Shown here: one piece after another, positions 43,964 to 52,755 of the stretch
Layout of the letters: each line of letters opens with the position of its first letter
Position numbering within the stretch: the stretch's first letter is position 1
DNA from: a virus
Taxonomy: Duplodnaviria; Caudoviricetes
IMG/VR virus record: IMGVR_UViG_3300020074_000024
Coordinates: 1 to 55,094 of that record
Length of the DNA stretch: 55,094 bases
Strand: one strand, 5' to 3'
Notes under the pieces: model-generated
The model's database searches: none
What the model saw: the letters and a program-made list of their open reading frames with translations, nothing else
Told to the model about the DNA's origin: nothing
Position numbers and translations under genes: made by a program

Positions 43964-46259
43964 AGCTAGACCCTCCTTCAGTGTACAGATTGAACCCTCC
44001 TACCTGAATCATATTTTGAAAATTGTCCCACATAGCATCAACATCATGCTTTTTAGGGCTTTTTGACACAAGCGTTAACTTGCCCACGGATTGCTTGAAT
44101 TGCTTCTCAGTTATCCCTTTCCATCGCGCGAGCTTTTCGGGCGTAAATTGGGCGAACTCGCGTCGGTTGCTGGCGGGATAACGCACCCATAGCGCCACAA
44201 CATTCTTCCCGCTCACTATCTTGCGCCCGTTGTCGGCGTGCCCGTGGTCTATGGCCCACAGCTTGCCCTTACTGTCAAATATGTAATTGCCGCCATGCCT
44301 GTCGCCGTTCCCCATTACAATGTCCAGCGCAAGCATATCCTCAGCCCTGCTCCTGTTGTCCTTCAAGGACTTCTCCAGGTTGTCAACGTAGTCGGCAACT
44401 TTGGCGTTCTCAACAAAATACTGCACCGTCCCTTTGTTCCCCTGAAACGTCAGCTCCTTTGTTTCCGGGACAACGGGGTCATCGGGGTTAAGCATCTTCG
44501 CTACCCTGTATGCGGCAATTTCATTGTTTGCATTGTGTCCATATGCATTGTCCGCGTCCTTGTAAACCCCAGAGCCGTCACCGGCCAGCCCAACAACATA
44601 CGAGTAGTTGATGCCCCCACCGAGCTTCTTCGACGTAGCGACCTCAGTGGCCCTGCCAAAGGCGGTCCCTCTAGGCGCAGCCACCGCCGCTGCGTGACCG
44701 GCAGGATTGCGATGAATCCCGCCACCGGGCCGGCTTCCTCCCCTGTGTCCAGGCCTGCCTTCATGTCCCCAGTTACCGCTGCCAGGGCCACCCTTCTCGC
44801 CAAGCAATCTCTCGGCCTTGCGGTCGAGCAAGCTACCAAAGGCCTCATTCCATGAGCGAATCGAGGCAACAATTTGCCTTTTCCGCCACTCAGGCAATTC
44901 CTCATAGTCCGCTGCCTTTGTCTCCTCTGGAGCTTCGCTAGACACGTCGGTCACGGTCTCCTCAGTCTCCTGTGGGACAATCACCGCCGCGTCCAGTTCC
45001 TCCTCAGTCAAACAGTTCTCCCTGGCCAGGATGCGCAGCGCAACCTCTTTGGGCAAAAGTCCCGTCTCCATACCCTGCGGTGGCGACCAGAGCTTGGTCA
45101 CATAGTCGCCCCAAGCCCCTGCCAGTTGGGCTCTGTGCAAATCCCCGGCGTCGTCCTGCTCATCAAAGACAAACTCTGCCCCTTCGGGGAGCACTTCGTA
45201 GTTGAGCGCCCTCTCCAGGATACGCAGAATCTCACCAACGCCCTTCCCCTGCCCTTTGAGGTGTTGAACCTCACCGACAGCCTTGGTGGAGCCGGTGTGT
45301 GTAAACAGCCAAAACTCCCCGGCGTCCACGCCAGCGCAAGCGGACAGTGTCTTCACATACGTCTCAACTACATCCTTGCGGGTGAAGCTAGCAGGCGGCT
45401 CGCTGAAGGGAACCCACTTCACATCCACGCCCGGCCCCATCTCGTTGTTAGAAGCCAGCCACAGAAGTTTCTTGAATGTCAAGTCTCGGCTGCCCCTGTT
45501 CGCCTTCCACAAGTCAAGGGCGTCCTTGACCTGCTGCTGGTTCATGCCCGTCACCGCCGCAATGCCCTCAGGCGGCATATCGTCCAGGGCGTCTTCTTCG
45601 TACTTGTGTAAAGCAAGAAGCAGCGAGATGGTGCGGATAGCCCTGCTCACCAAAGACACGCCCGTCCAGTGAGTGGCCTCTACATCGGAGGGCATAGACG
45701 TTCTGTGAACCACGTCCCTGCTCCGCAGGGGAACAACCCTTCCAGCCGATGTGTAGTACACCAAGTCGCCGTCAGTGCCAGGAGGAAACCCCGACTCGCC
45801 CCTGAAGCGACAGTTAGCGATGTCCAGATAGGCAAGCCCTGTTACAGGGCCGTTCTTGCTGGTGCGGCCCTTCTCAAACAACGCCCCCCTGTCCTGAGTC
45901 AAAAAGCAGCGCACCCACCGCTTCAGTTCTGTGTCCCAGCCGGCGCCCTCTCCAGCAGACAGCAACATCTCCGTGGCCTGCTGAGCCAGGCGCGGCTTGC
46001 CAGTGACCTTCCATGCCGTGGTCGCCACCCTGCTGACGATGGTGTAAATCACCCCTGCCAGCAAAGGCTCCTCCAGCCAAACGTCCCTGAGCCGCTTGTC
46101 TCTCTCCACCGTCCCTGCTGGCGGCAATTGCCCGACCTTGCCCGCCAACATGGACATCATCATGAATGCCTGCCCGACATCCCCATCAAAGCGGCTCTGG
46201 ACGAACTCAGGCCGTTTGGCTTTCGTTAGTTGCCTCTGTATCCATTCCTGATAGCCCAT
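43947..46259 (-). CDS. Portal protein with C-terminal HipA/PI3K-like kinase domain
   Basis: Portal position after TerL with about 450-aa portal-like body; C-terminal LGGGIN, GVYK, NEIAAY, DRHGGNY, AIDHG kinase motifs. Confidence 0.85.
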   Translation of the reverse strand: MGYQEWIQRQLTKAKRPEFVQSRFDGDVGQAFMMMSMLAGKVGQLPPAGTVERDKRLRDVWLEEPLLAGVIYTIVSRVATTAWKVTGKPRLAQQATEMLLSAGEGAGWDTELKRWVRCFLTQDRGALFEKGRTSKNGPVTGLAYLDIANCRFRGESGFPPGTDGDLVYYTSAGRVVPLRSRDVVHRTSMPSDVEATHWTGVSLVSRAIRTISLLLALHKYEEDALDDMPPEGIAAVTGMNQQQVKDALDLWKANRGSRDLTFKKLLWLASNNEMGPGVDVKWVPFSEPPASFTRKDVVETYVKTLSACAGVDAGEFWLFTHTGSTKAVGEVQHLKGQGKGVGEILRILERALNYEVLPEGAEFVFDEQDDAGDLHRAQLAGAWGDYVTKLWSPPQGMETGLLPKEVALRILARENCLTEEELDAAVIVPQETEETVTDVSSEAPEETKAADYEELPEWRKRQIVASIRSWNEAFGSLLDRKAERLLGEKGGPGSGNWGHEGRPGHRGGSRPGGGIHRNPAGHAAAVAAPRGTAFGRATEVATSKKLGGGINYSYVVGLAGDGSGVYKDADNAYGHNANNEIAAYRVAKMLNPDDPVVPETKELTFQGNKGTVQYFVENAKVADYVDNLEKSLKDNRSRAEDMLALDIVMGNGDRHGGNYIFDSKGKLWAIDHGHADNGRKIVSGKNVVALWVRYPASNRREFAQFTPEKLARWKGITEKQFKQSVGKLTLVSKSPKKHDVDAMWDNFQNMIQVGGFNLYTEGGSSYADSF

Positions 46260-46461
46260 GCTTCCCCCAACGTTCGCTGTATCTCGCTTCCCTATCCTCG
46301 TCTATGTCCAGGCCGTGTAAAAGACAGATTTGCTCAGCCGCCCAGTCCTCTACCCGCCAGCCGAAGCGCTCGAATGAAAATAACAGACGATACCACGTCA
46401 ACACAACCCAAGCCGCAACCCCGCTGAGTAAGAATCTAATTTTGCTATTAGATTTACTCAC
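46207..46461 (-). CDS. small membrane-anchored hypothetical protein
   Basis: GTGA overlap with the TerL stop; N-terminal hydrophobic helix. Confidence 0.55.
   Translation of the reverse strand: MSKSNSKIRFLLSGVAAWVVLTWYRLLFSFERFGWRVEDWAAEQICLLHGLDIDEDREARYSERWGKHGLSGMDTEATNESQTA
46435..46452. promoter_or_regulatory. Palindromic site TCTAAT-N6-ATTAGA
   Basis: AATCTAAT TTTGCT ATTAGATT just downstream of the TerL stop. Confidence 0.7.
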
Positions 46462-47747
46462 GCCATGAATCCCCCACCGCCGCCATCGTCGTCCATCGCG
46501 TAGCGGAGGGCGTCAACCCGGTGGAATGTCTCCTTGTCCTGTATCTTTTCCGTCGGCTTGCCGTCAGTCCCCAAGGTACGCTGGTATGATTGTACGTCAT
46601 CTATCAGCCCAGGACAACTACGGAAGACGAACAGCCTATCTTGCCCCCACAGCGCGTTGAGCCTATCTATCCCCGATTCTACTGATGACACAACAGGCGG
46701 GTCAAGCGGGACCCCACACGCTCTCCAGTCCATCCGGGACTGTGTTTCGGATTTACTGCCGCCCTTCCAGACAACGACTCTCTCAGCCCGTGCGTGTTGC
46801 AGTGCCCTGGCCGAATGCTCAGCCGTTGTCAGCCCGCCGGAAAGTGTCTCGCGATACACGTAGAATGCCCTGCGCTCCCTGTCCTCAGCCACCCATACCA
46901 AGGCAGTGTTCGCACCGCCAAAGTCCACCCCTACTCGACGTGGCCACTCAGGTGGGACGTCGAAGGGCTCGACTGCGTGCCGCGCTTCCTGAAACTTGCT
47001 GAACACTAGCCACTCAGGGCGCTCGAATTGCCCGTCGTAGAACATCCTGAACTTGGAGTGGCTCACAGTGCTTCTGGCTCTCTCGTACTCAGCGGCGGGA
47101 AAGGCCGGATTGACTATACTTGGCGCTTGACAGACAAAGTAATTGGGGTCTCCACTCCTGGCCCTGTCCAAGACTTCGTGCTTCAGCCAATTCACCGCAT
47201 AAGGAGTCGTGCCCCCGAAAAACCTCCCCTGGGAGAGGCTAAGGCGTCGCAAGATAGCCTGCCAGGAGTCCAGCCTGAAAGACGGCTGGCCTATCTCGTC
47301 ACCAATCACCGCCTGAACGGTAGCTGACTCTAGCCCGCCCGGACTTTCGGCAGACCGCAGGATGACGCGGCCCCACATGGGGTCACTCGCCCGTTCAGCC
47401 CAAAATCTCCCAGTGTTCGGGTCGCGCAGTTCCAGCACTTTGTCCCCAGACCAATACTTCCCCATCTTCATGCCGTACACAAACACTTCCAGCATCGCCG
47501 GTAGCATCTTGAGCTTGAACAGGTCGTAGGTCGCCGTGACCGCCAGGTAGTCCCCCTTGCCCCTGCCCTTGTAGCCGTCAAGCCCGTATATCTCCCTGTA
47601 GAGAATCCAGGGGAGAAAAGTAGTCTTCCCGCCCTGCGTCCCGATAATCAGGAATGAAAAACGGGCCTGCGAATCCCAAAGCGACTCCTGGGCCTTGTGC
47701 AACCTGAGGCGAACCCCGCCGTCCTCGAATCCCCATAACGGCTTCAC
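46458..47747 (-). CDS. terL: Terminase large subunit
   Basis: Walker A GTQGGKTT, Walker B VIGDE, coupling motif GTTP, RNase H-like GVDFGG and HRVDALRY. Confidence 0.93.
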   Translation of the reverse strand: MKPLWGFEDGGVRLRLHKAQESLWDSQARFSFLIIGTQGGKTTFLPWILYREIYGLDGYKGRGKGDYLAVTATYDLFKLKMLPAMLEVFVYGMKMGKYWSGDKVLELRDPNTGRFWAERASDPMWGRVILRSAESPGGLESATVQAVIGDEIGQPSFRLDSWQAILRRLSLSQGRFFGGTTPYAVNWLKHEVLDRARSGDPNYFVCQAPSIVNPAFPAAEYERARSTVSHSKFRMFYDGQFERPEWLVFSKFQEARHAVEPFDVPPEWPRRVGVDFGGANTALVWVAEDRERRAFYVYRETLSGGLTTAEHSARALQHARAERVVVWKGGSKSETQSRMDWRACGVPLDPPVVSSVESGIDRLNALWGQDRLFVFRSCPGLIDDVQSYQRTLGTDGKPTEKIQDKETFHRVDALRYAMDDDGGGGGFMA

Positions 47748-48187
47748 GTGGGCCTTTCCACAAAGACTGGCATGGAGAGGCCAGGAATGACCTCTCCATC
47801 CGCGTCAGCCATGCGGTGCTGGGCCACGGTGGGCGCGTCCAGCCCCAAGAGCCTGGCCCTGCGCTCCATGATTCGCAGAACGCGGTCAATCGCCCCAAGG
47901 TTTCCGTCTCGAACCTGCCCCCAGACAGAGAGCAGCATACGGTCTAGCCGCTCAATCTCTATCTTCCTGACCTCTTGGGCAGGCTCTTCGATGATGGCCT
48001 GCATCGCCCTCACGACCGCCTTGTGGGCCCCGGTGGCGCTTGCGTAACGCAGTTTGCTCGCAATATCCTCGTAGGTGGCCCCCGCCTTTCGCAGCTCCAA
48101 CGCCTGCCTCTGGCGTTCCTTCGCCTGAATCCTCCGAGGACTTGACGCGCTCTCCCCTTTCCCTCGTCCCGGATTTATACTCGCCAT
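47744..48187 (-). CDS. terS: Terminase small subunit
   Basis: ALELRKAGATYEDIA HTH, ERRARLLGLDAP; coupled to TerL. Confidence 0.85.
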   Translation of the reverse strand: MASINPGRGKGESASSPRRIQAKERQRQALELRKAGATYEDIASKLRYASATGAHKAVVRAMQAIIEEPAQEVRKIEIERLDRMLLSVWGQVRDGNLGAIDRVLRIMERRARLLGLDAPTVAQHRMADADGEVIPGLSMPVFVERPT

Positions 48188-48240
48188 GTATGCCCTCTCA
48201 CCTGCCCTTCGTAAGCAGCAAGTAACGGTTTACCCACTGG

Positions 48241-49599
48241 TCAATCATCCAGCGAGTGGAAAGTATAGAATACGTCGCCATCCACAATGCGCGTAGGCCG
48301 CAACGCGCCTTGAAAATACTGGTAAGGCGAGCGCTCCCTCTGGGGGTCGTTCCATAGGTCGCGCAGAAAGTCGGCCCAAGTGTAATATTTGCGCTTATGC
48401 CGCTTGAGCGGCCCGGCGGGGACAGGAACCATGTTGTCCCAGGGCACAGAGTAGGCCCATGGCGGCGTTATGTCCTGCGGGCCAATCTCCGTGCCAGTGG
48501 CTTTGGCTCGCAGCAATTGATTCGTGGCGCTCTCGCGCTGCCAATTGCCGAAGACTGGGTCGTCAGGCATGATTCCGCAACAGCAGCCGGTATCGCCGAG
48601 TTCCTTCCAGACCGGGTCACTAATGCCCACGACCATGCCGTGCCTGTGCGCAACGTCGCGCACGTCATGCATGACAGCCCGCGTCCAGGCCGCAGCGGGC
48701 CGGACACATGCCCTTTGGCCGAACTTGGCGTAAGTACCCAGGTGGTCAAACCCCGTTACGTCACTCAAGAGCTTCCACCGGGCGCGCACATCGTTTGTGG
48801 GCGCACCCGGGGTGAAGGCAACCTCGTAGGAAACGGCCCTTGCGCCCGCCTCTGCCGCCGCTGCGATCAACTCGCGGTATGCATACGGGTTCGCCGGATG
48901 GCCCCAAGTCACGCCTGCCAGCATGGGCCGCAAGCGCAGTGACGTCTTCACGCCGATGCCGGACAGGGCCTTCATGGTCGCTAGTCGCTCCGAGGGCACC
49001 GGGGCCTTGCGGTCAATCTTACGCACTAGGGAATCGTCCGGGCTGACGATACTGAACGCAACCCAGAACAAGTGCGGGGCGCGTTCTAGCACCCGCAGAT
49101 AGTCAGGCTGGGCCAAGACGACGCCCTTTGTGGAGATTCTCGTCGGCTGGTTGTATTTGATTGCTAGTTCTAGATACCGCAATAGCCAGCCCTGCTGCTG
49201 CTCGATGTAATCGCATGGGTCGTTGAGTGCGCCTAACTGCACCGGACCAGGGTAGCCGTTACGCCTGTCGTCATACTTGAGAGCCTTGCGCATGACGTCA
49301 AACCGCTTGCCCTCGCCAGCGAAGAGGTTCTCTATAGAGCGCAAGCTCGTCTGCCCGACGCCCCATCCAGTACTCTGCCGGTGCGACAACAGGTTGTTGG
49401 AAAAACAGTACAGGCAAGCAAAAGAGCAGAACGAATGGCTGTCTATGCTTACCGGCAACGCACAGTCAAAACCGTCGCTAGTAAACCGGATGCCGTCGTA
49501 GGCCCGCAATCGTTGCCGAACCGGCGCGCAGTATGAGCCATCGCAACGCCGACAAGTCGCGCAAACGTTCATTGCCTCATGGCGCGGATTCTGTAGCAT
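48241..49599 (-). CDS. Radical SAM enzyme (SPL-like)
   Basis: CSFACLYC (CxxxCxxC), DP, ISTK, ERL, LRLRP; additional Cys clusters (CCCG). Confidence 0.85.
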   Translation of the reverse strand: MLQNPRHEAMNVCATCRRCDGSYCAPVRQRLRAYDGIRFTSDGFDCALPVSIDSHSFCSFACLYCFSNNLLSHRQSTGWGVGQTSLRSIENLFAGEGKRFDVMRKALKYDDRRNGYPGPVQLGALNDPCDYIEQQQGWLLRYLELAIKYNQPTRISTKGVVLAQPDYLRVLERAPHLFWVAFSIVSPDDSLVRKIDRKAPVPSERLATMKALSGIGVKTSLRLRPMLAGVTWGHPANPYAYRELIAAAAEAGARAVSYEVAFTPGAPTNDVRARWKLLSDVTGFDHLGTYAKFGQRACVRPAAAWTRAVMHDVRDVAHRHGMVVGISDPVWKELGDTGCCCGIMPDDPVFGNWQRESATNQLLRAKATGTEIGPQDITPPWAYSVPWDNMVPVPAGPLKRHKRKYYTWADFLRDLWNDPQRERSPYQYFQGALRPTRIVDGDVFYTFHSLDD

Positions 49600-50212
49600 A
49601 TTTCCTGACCGCCTTGGCGAACCAGTCGGGGTCTAGTTCGTGCACGCCGCGTTGTAGCGCTGGGGCTAGCAACAGCGACAATTCAGCAAATAGTTCTGGC
49701 CGCCCGTAGAACGTTACGTAGAACCAATTCTCGTCTTTGGTCGTACAGCCGCGCTGTTCCGTGAACTCGGGCAGAATGTCCGGCAACTCAATTGGGCCAG
49801 CAAGCTCTGCCCCTAGCTCAGCGTCCGTCCATAGACCCCTTAGGTCTATCTCCTTGCCAATATCCGCCAGCACCTCCGCATCCCACTCCGCCAGTTCCGC
49901 TGTGCGGTTGTCGTACAGTGCCAGCTTGGCCTTCTGTTCCGGTGTCAATCCCTTGCGCCGCACGGCCACAATCGTCTCGCCGTCAGCATCTACCACCTGG
50001 ACCCGCTCGATACCCGCCTGGGCTGCCGCTTCGACGAGGCCATTTCCAGCCAGGATCGTGCCATCCTCGTCAATGACGATAGACCTCGCTGCACCAACCT
50101 CGCCGAGTGCCTTCTCTATCATGCCGATGTTGCGCGCGTTGTGCTTCCGCGCGTTGCGCTTGTCCGGCCTCAGTTGCCCGATGCGCTCAATCGCTTCGAG
50201 TGACTCTGCCAT
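49577..50212 (-). CDS. ParB/Srx-like N-terminal domain protein
   Basis: LRPDKRNARKH, SIVID...ILAGNG, LALYDNR.AE..WD. Confidence 0.8.
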   Translation of the reverse strand: MAESLEAIERIGQLRPDKRNARKHNARNIGMIEKALGEVGAARSIVIDEDGTILAGNGLVEAAAQAGIERVQVVDADGETIVAVRRKGLTPEQKAKLALYDNRTAELAEWDAEVLADIGKEIDLRGLWTDAELGAELAGPIELPDILPEFTEQRGCTTKDENWFYVTFYGRPELFAELSLLLAPALQRGVHELDPDWFAKAVRKYATESAP

Positions 50213-50360
50213 TCACGTCCTCATCGTACAAATGCCGCTTGGAAAACTCCAACCGCTTCGCTTCGCCCCAATCGCCCACCGGGCGCAGGTAGCCAACGAC
50301 GCGGGAATACACCTCACAGGGAATGCGCCGCTGCTCTAGTTGCTCAAGTTCGTCATTCAC
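50187..50360 (-). CDS. 57-aa stand-alone NrdD C-terminal (glycyl-radical loop)-like protein
   Basis: Below track cutoff; GTG 50360 with GAGGG RBS; IPCEVYSRVVGYLRPVGDWGEAKRLEFSKR. Confidence 0.75.
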   Translation of the reverse strand: MNDELEQLEQRRIPCEVYSRVVGYLRPVGDWGEAKRLEFSKRHLYDEDVNGRVTRSD

Positions 50361-50407
50361 TAATCGCCCTCGTTATCGTGTCTAATGCACACAACGCCTG
50401 GAATCAT

Positions 50408-51160
50408 CTAACACCCCGCTATAGGCACACTGACCTTGCTGTTCAAATAGTTCTTTCCCTTGGCACTTGCCCCACCAGACATGCCCCCTGGCCGATAAAT
50501 TTTTGTGCCCCACTTCTTCCGCATCCTCTCAATGCCAGCGAGTTCGGTTTCCTTGGTACGCTGCGATACGAAGCCGCCAGGCATTTTCCCGTGGTCATGG
50601 ACGTAGAAGTAGCGGTTTATGCGGAGGGTCTTGCGGTACGCCCTGATGTTCTGTAGCCAAAAATCATAGTCGTCTTTGCCCAAAACGCTCTCATCATAGC
50701 GTAAAACCGGCTCCAAGTGTCCGACGAAAGGCCCAAGCACGGGCGCCAATAAGTTGAATGGCCTGTACGTATAATAGCCGAGCGGGTCACTGTTCAGGTT
50801 TATTCCCCACAACCTGACCCCAAACTGCTCGGCTAGCAGGAAGCCCGCCAAGATGATGCTCTGTAGCCTGTCAGGCTCTACGGTGTATTGTGCGCCACCC
50901 TCCCACATGCCGATTCTGCTGATGTCATCGTCCAGGATAAGCGTCCATTTGCAGGGAGACCTGTCCAGTATTGCGTTTTGCTTCCTGCCCAGGTTGCCAT
51001 CGCATTCGTCGGGAATGGTAATGATTCTGTCCCCGTAGTGGCGACGGTATTCATCCCCCTGAGACTCAGGAACCCAAACGTGGGCGAATGGCGCTACCTC
51101 CAAGGTACGCACGCGCCCTGCGCGCCCAAACGACCTGATGGCAACGTGGATGTCATCCAT
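50408..51160 (-). CDS. TAGT/GREB1-like glycosyltransferase
   Basis: IRSFGRA, ILDDDI, KDDYDFWLQ, GG motifs; ATG 51160 overlapping the ParB-like gene stop. Confidence 0.75.
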   Translation of the reverse strand: MDDIHVAIRSFGRAGRVRTLEVAPFAHVWVPESQGDEYRRHYGDRIITIPDECDGNLGRKQNAILDRSPCKWTLILDDDISRIGMWEGGAQYTVEPDRLQSIILAGFLLAEQFGVRLWGINLNSDPLGYYTYRPFNLLAPVLGPFVGHLEPVLRYDESVLGKDDYDFWLQNIRAYRKTLRINRYFYVHDHGKMPGGFVSQRTKETELAGIERMRKKWGTKIYRPGGMSGGASAKGKNYLNSKVSVPIAGC

Positions 51161-51821
51161 CGAGCAGCCCCAGTAGCACGCTGGCCGGCAGCACGCGCCC
51201 CAAGCCAACGTGCTTTATAGTCTTGCCCTTCACCGTGCCAGTCATGGCGGGCGTTATGCCGAGCTTTTCCACCGCCACCTGCCAATCAAACTCGTTGTCA
51301 AAGTAAAACACCAGATAGTCCTGGCGCTCAAAAAGCTCGGGGCTGATGGTTAGCTCCGGTTTGTCAGCCTCAGCAGCCGGGGCGGCCTCGCTGGACAAGC
51401 TCTGTAAAAGCGACCGCACGGCAGCGCTCTGTGTCTCGATGTCTCCAAGTAGCTCGGCGACTTTGGCATCATCGCGGGATGAAAGGGCGCTAATCGGGTC
51501 TAGCGTGGCCAGTACCAGCCTCTCATCCTCAGGGCTAAGGTTTACGTATGTCACAGGGAGGGTCTTCTGCCCACCGCGCATGGCCAACACCACCCGCATA
51601 TGCCCGTCCACAAGTGTCTCGACGCCGCGCTCCCCGTCCGGCCATTCCTCGCCAAGACGCCTGTTTATGATGATGTTCTGAACGACGCCGACCTCGTCAA
51701 AAATGTCCCGCATAGCAGCCTGCTGCTCCGCTGGATGAACGCGCCAATTGTTCTCGTTTGCCATCACCTGGTCAACGGCCACGTCCCCATAGCCGACTAT
51801 CCTATTCTTCCATTGCTCCAT
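51153..51821 (-). CDS. ParB/Srx-like N-terminal domain protein
   Basis: NWRVHP..Q, GVVQNIIIN, LVDGHMRV, LATLDP. Confidence 0.8.
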   Translation of the reverse strand: MEQWKNRIVGYGDVAVDQVMANENNWRVHPAEQQAAMRDIFDEVGVVQNIIINRRLGEEWPDGERGVETLVDGHMRVVLAMRGGQKTLPVTYVNLSPEDERLVLATLDPISALSSRDDAKVAELLGDIETQSAAVRSLLQSLSSEAAPAAEADKPELTISPELFERQDYLVFYFDNEFDWQVAVEKLGITPAMTGTVKGKTIKHVGLGRVLPASVLLGLLDG

Positions 51822-51825
51822 CTTT

Positions 51826-51843
51826 TCTCATTTCAAAATTAGT
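51826..51843. promoter_or_regulatory. Degenerate palindromic site TCTAAT-N6-ATTAGA (2 mismatches)
   Basis: TCTCAT TTCAAA ATTAGT spanning the PDE stop up to the ParB-like ATG. Confidence 0.5.
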
Positions 51844-52687
51844 AATAACCAAGCGCGGTTAGCCTTGCGTTGGGCGCGAGTTCATCCGCCTCTTTTGCGC
51901 CTGAATGAAAATCCGCGTACTCGAAGCCGAAGATGACAAAAATCTTCTCAGCAACGTGGTGAGTCATGCCTACATAGCCGCCGCGCTTGTAGTTGTCACT
52001 GTCCCACAGAACACCGTCCTTGGTGTGGTTTGTTCCGCAACGCTCAAACCCATGGTCGCTCACAACAATCAGCCTGCGGGCAATGTCCCTGGCCATAACG
52101 ACTATCTTGGCCGCCAAAGAACAGACAAACAGCCACGCCTCATCAGTGTAGAAGGAATGCAGGATGCGGTCTGGGAAGGTGAGTCCAAGACAGCCCAAGT
52201 CTCCCTTTGCGTTATTCCCGAACCAATCCAGCAGGAACAGAGCATCGTCGGTTGCCTTTTCAGCACAGAATGAAAAACCGGCCTTCTTGAGGCTGTCGCT
52301 CCAGCCATCAATGGTCATCGGCTGAGCCATCTGCGCCAGGTCGCCGCGTTCCTGCCAGCACACTTCAAGCGCTTCGGGAAGTGTAGCGAATGGCCCTGGG
52401 AAGCCCGACACAAAAATCGGCTTTCTGCCAACCGTTGCTATCGGCATATTGCACACCGTCCCAGGCACAGGCAGCCTGTTCCAAAACCACCTGCCAGCCC
52501 ACTCGGTCGCCAAGCGTCCGTCGGGGCCATCGCCCCATACGCTCGTTACCCCATGACGTTCAGCGGTCATACCTGTGTAGATGCTTTGCCAGGCAGGGCC
52601 GCTAACCGGCAGTGGGGAGTGGAGCCTTCCCGCGCCGTCTAGCGCCGTCACGTCGAGGCCGTCCAGCCCCAGTATCATCAACTTCAT
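51839..52687 (-). CDS. Alkaline-phosphatase-superfamily phosphodiesterase/nucleotide pyrophosphatase
   Basis: ILGLDG, SGPAWQSIYTG...HG, DRILH, VSDHGF, H...G, RL.ALGY. Confidence 0.85.
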   Translation of the reverse strand: MKLMILGLDGLDVTALDGAGRLHSPLPVSGPAWQSIYTGMTAERHGVTSVWGDGPDGRLATEWAGRWFWNRLPVPGTVCNMPIATVGRKPIFVSGFPGPFATLPEALEVCWQERGDLAQMAQPMTIDGWSDSLKKAGFSFCAEKATDDALFLLDWFGNNAKGDLGCLGLTFPDRILHSFYTDEAWLFVCSLAAKIVVMARDIARRLIVVSDHGFERCGTNHTKDGVLWDSDNYKRGGYVGMTHHVAEKIFVIFGFEYADFHSGAKEADELAPNARLTALGYY

Positions 52688-52755
52688 CCTCGTCCTCCCA
52701 GGACGCCGCAAACGCTCCGTTCAAGTGCCTCAAGCGATTCCTTGCGCTCTGTCAT
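52684..52755 (-). CDS. 23-aa coupling mini-ORF
   Basis: MTERKESLEALERSVCGVLGGRG; ATGA overlaps at both ends. Confidence 0.4.
   Translation of the reverse strand: MTERKESLEALERSVCGVLGGRG

Noticed and set aside
49577-51821. ParB-like genes as a plasmid-prophage partition system
   Set aside because: No ParA ATPase adjacent; only the N-terminal ParB/Srx domain is evident, and the context is modification/packaging
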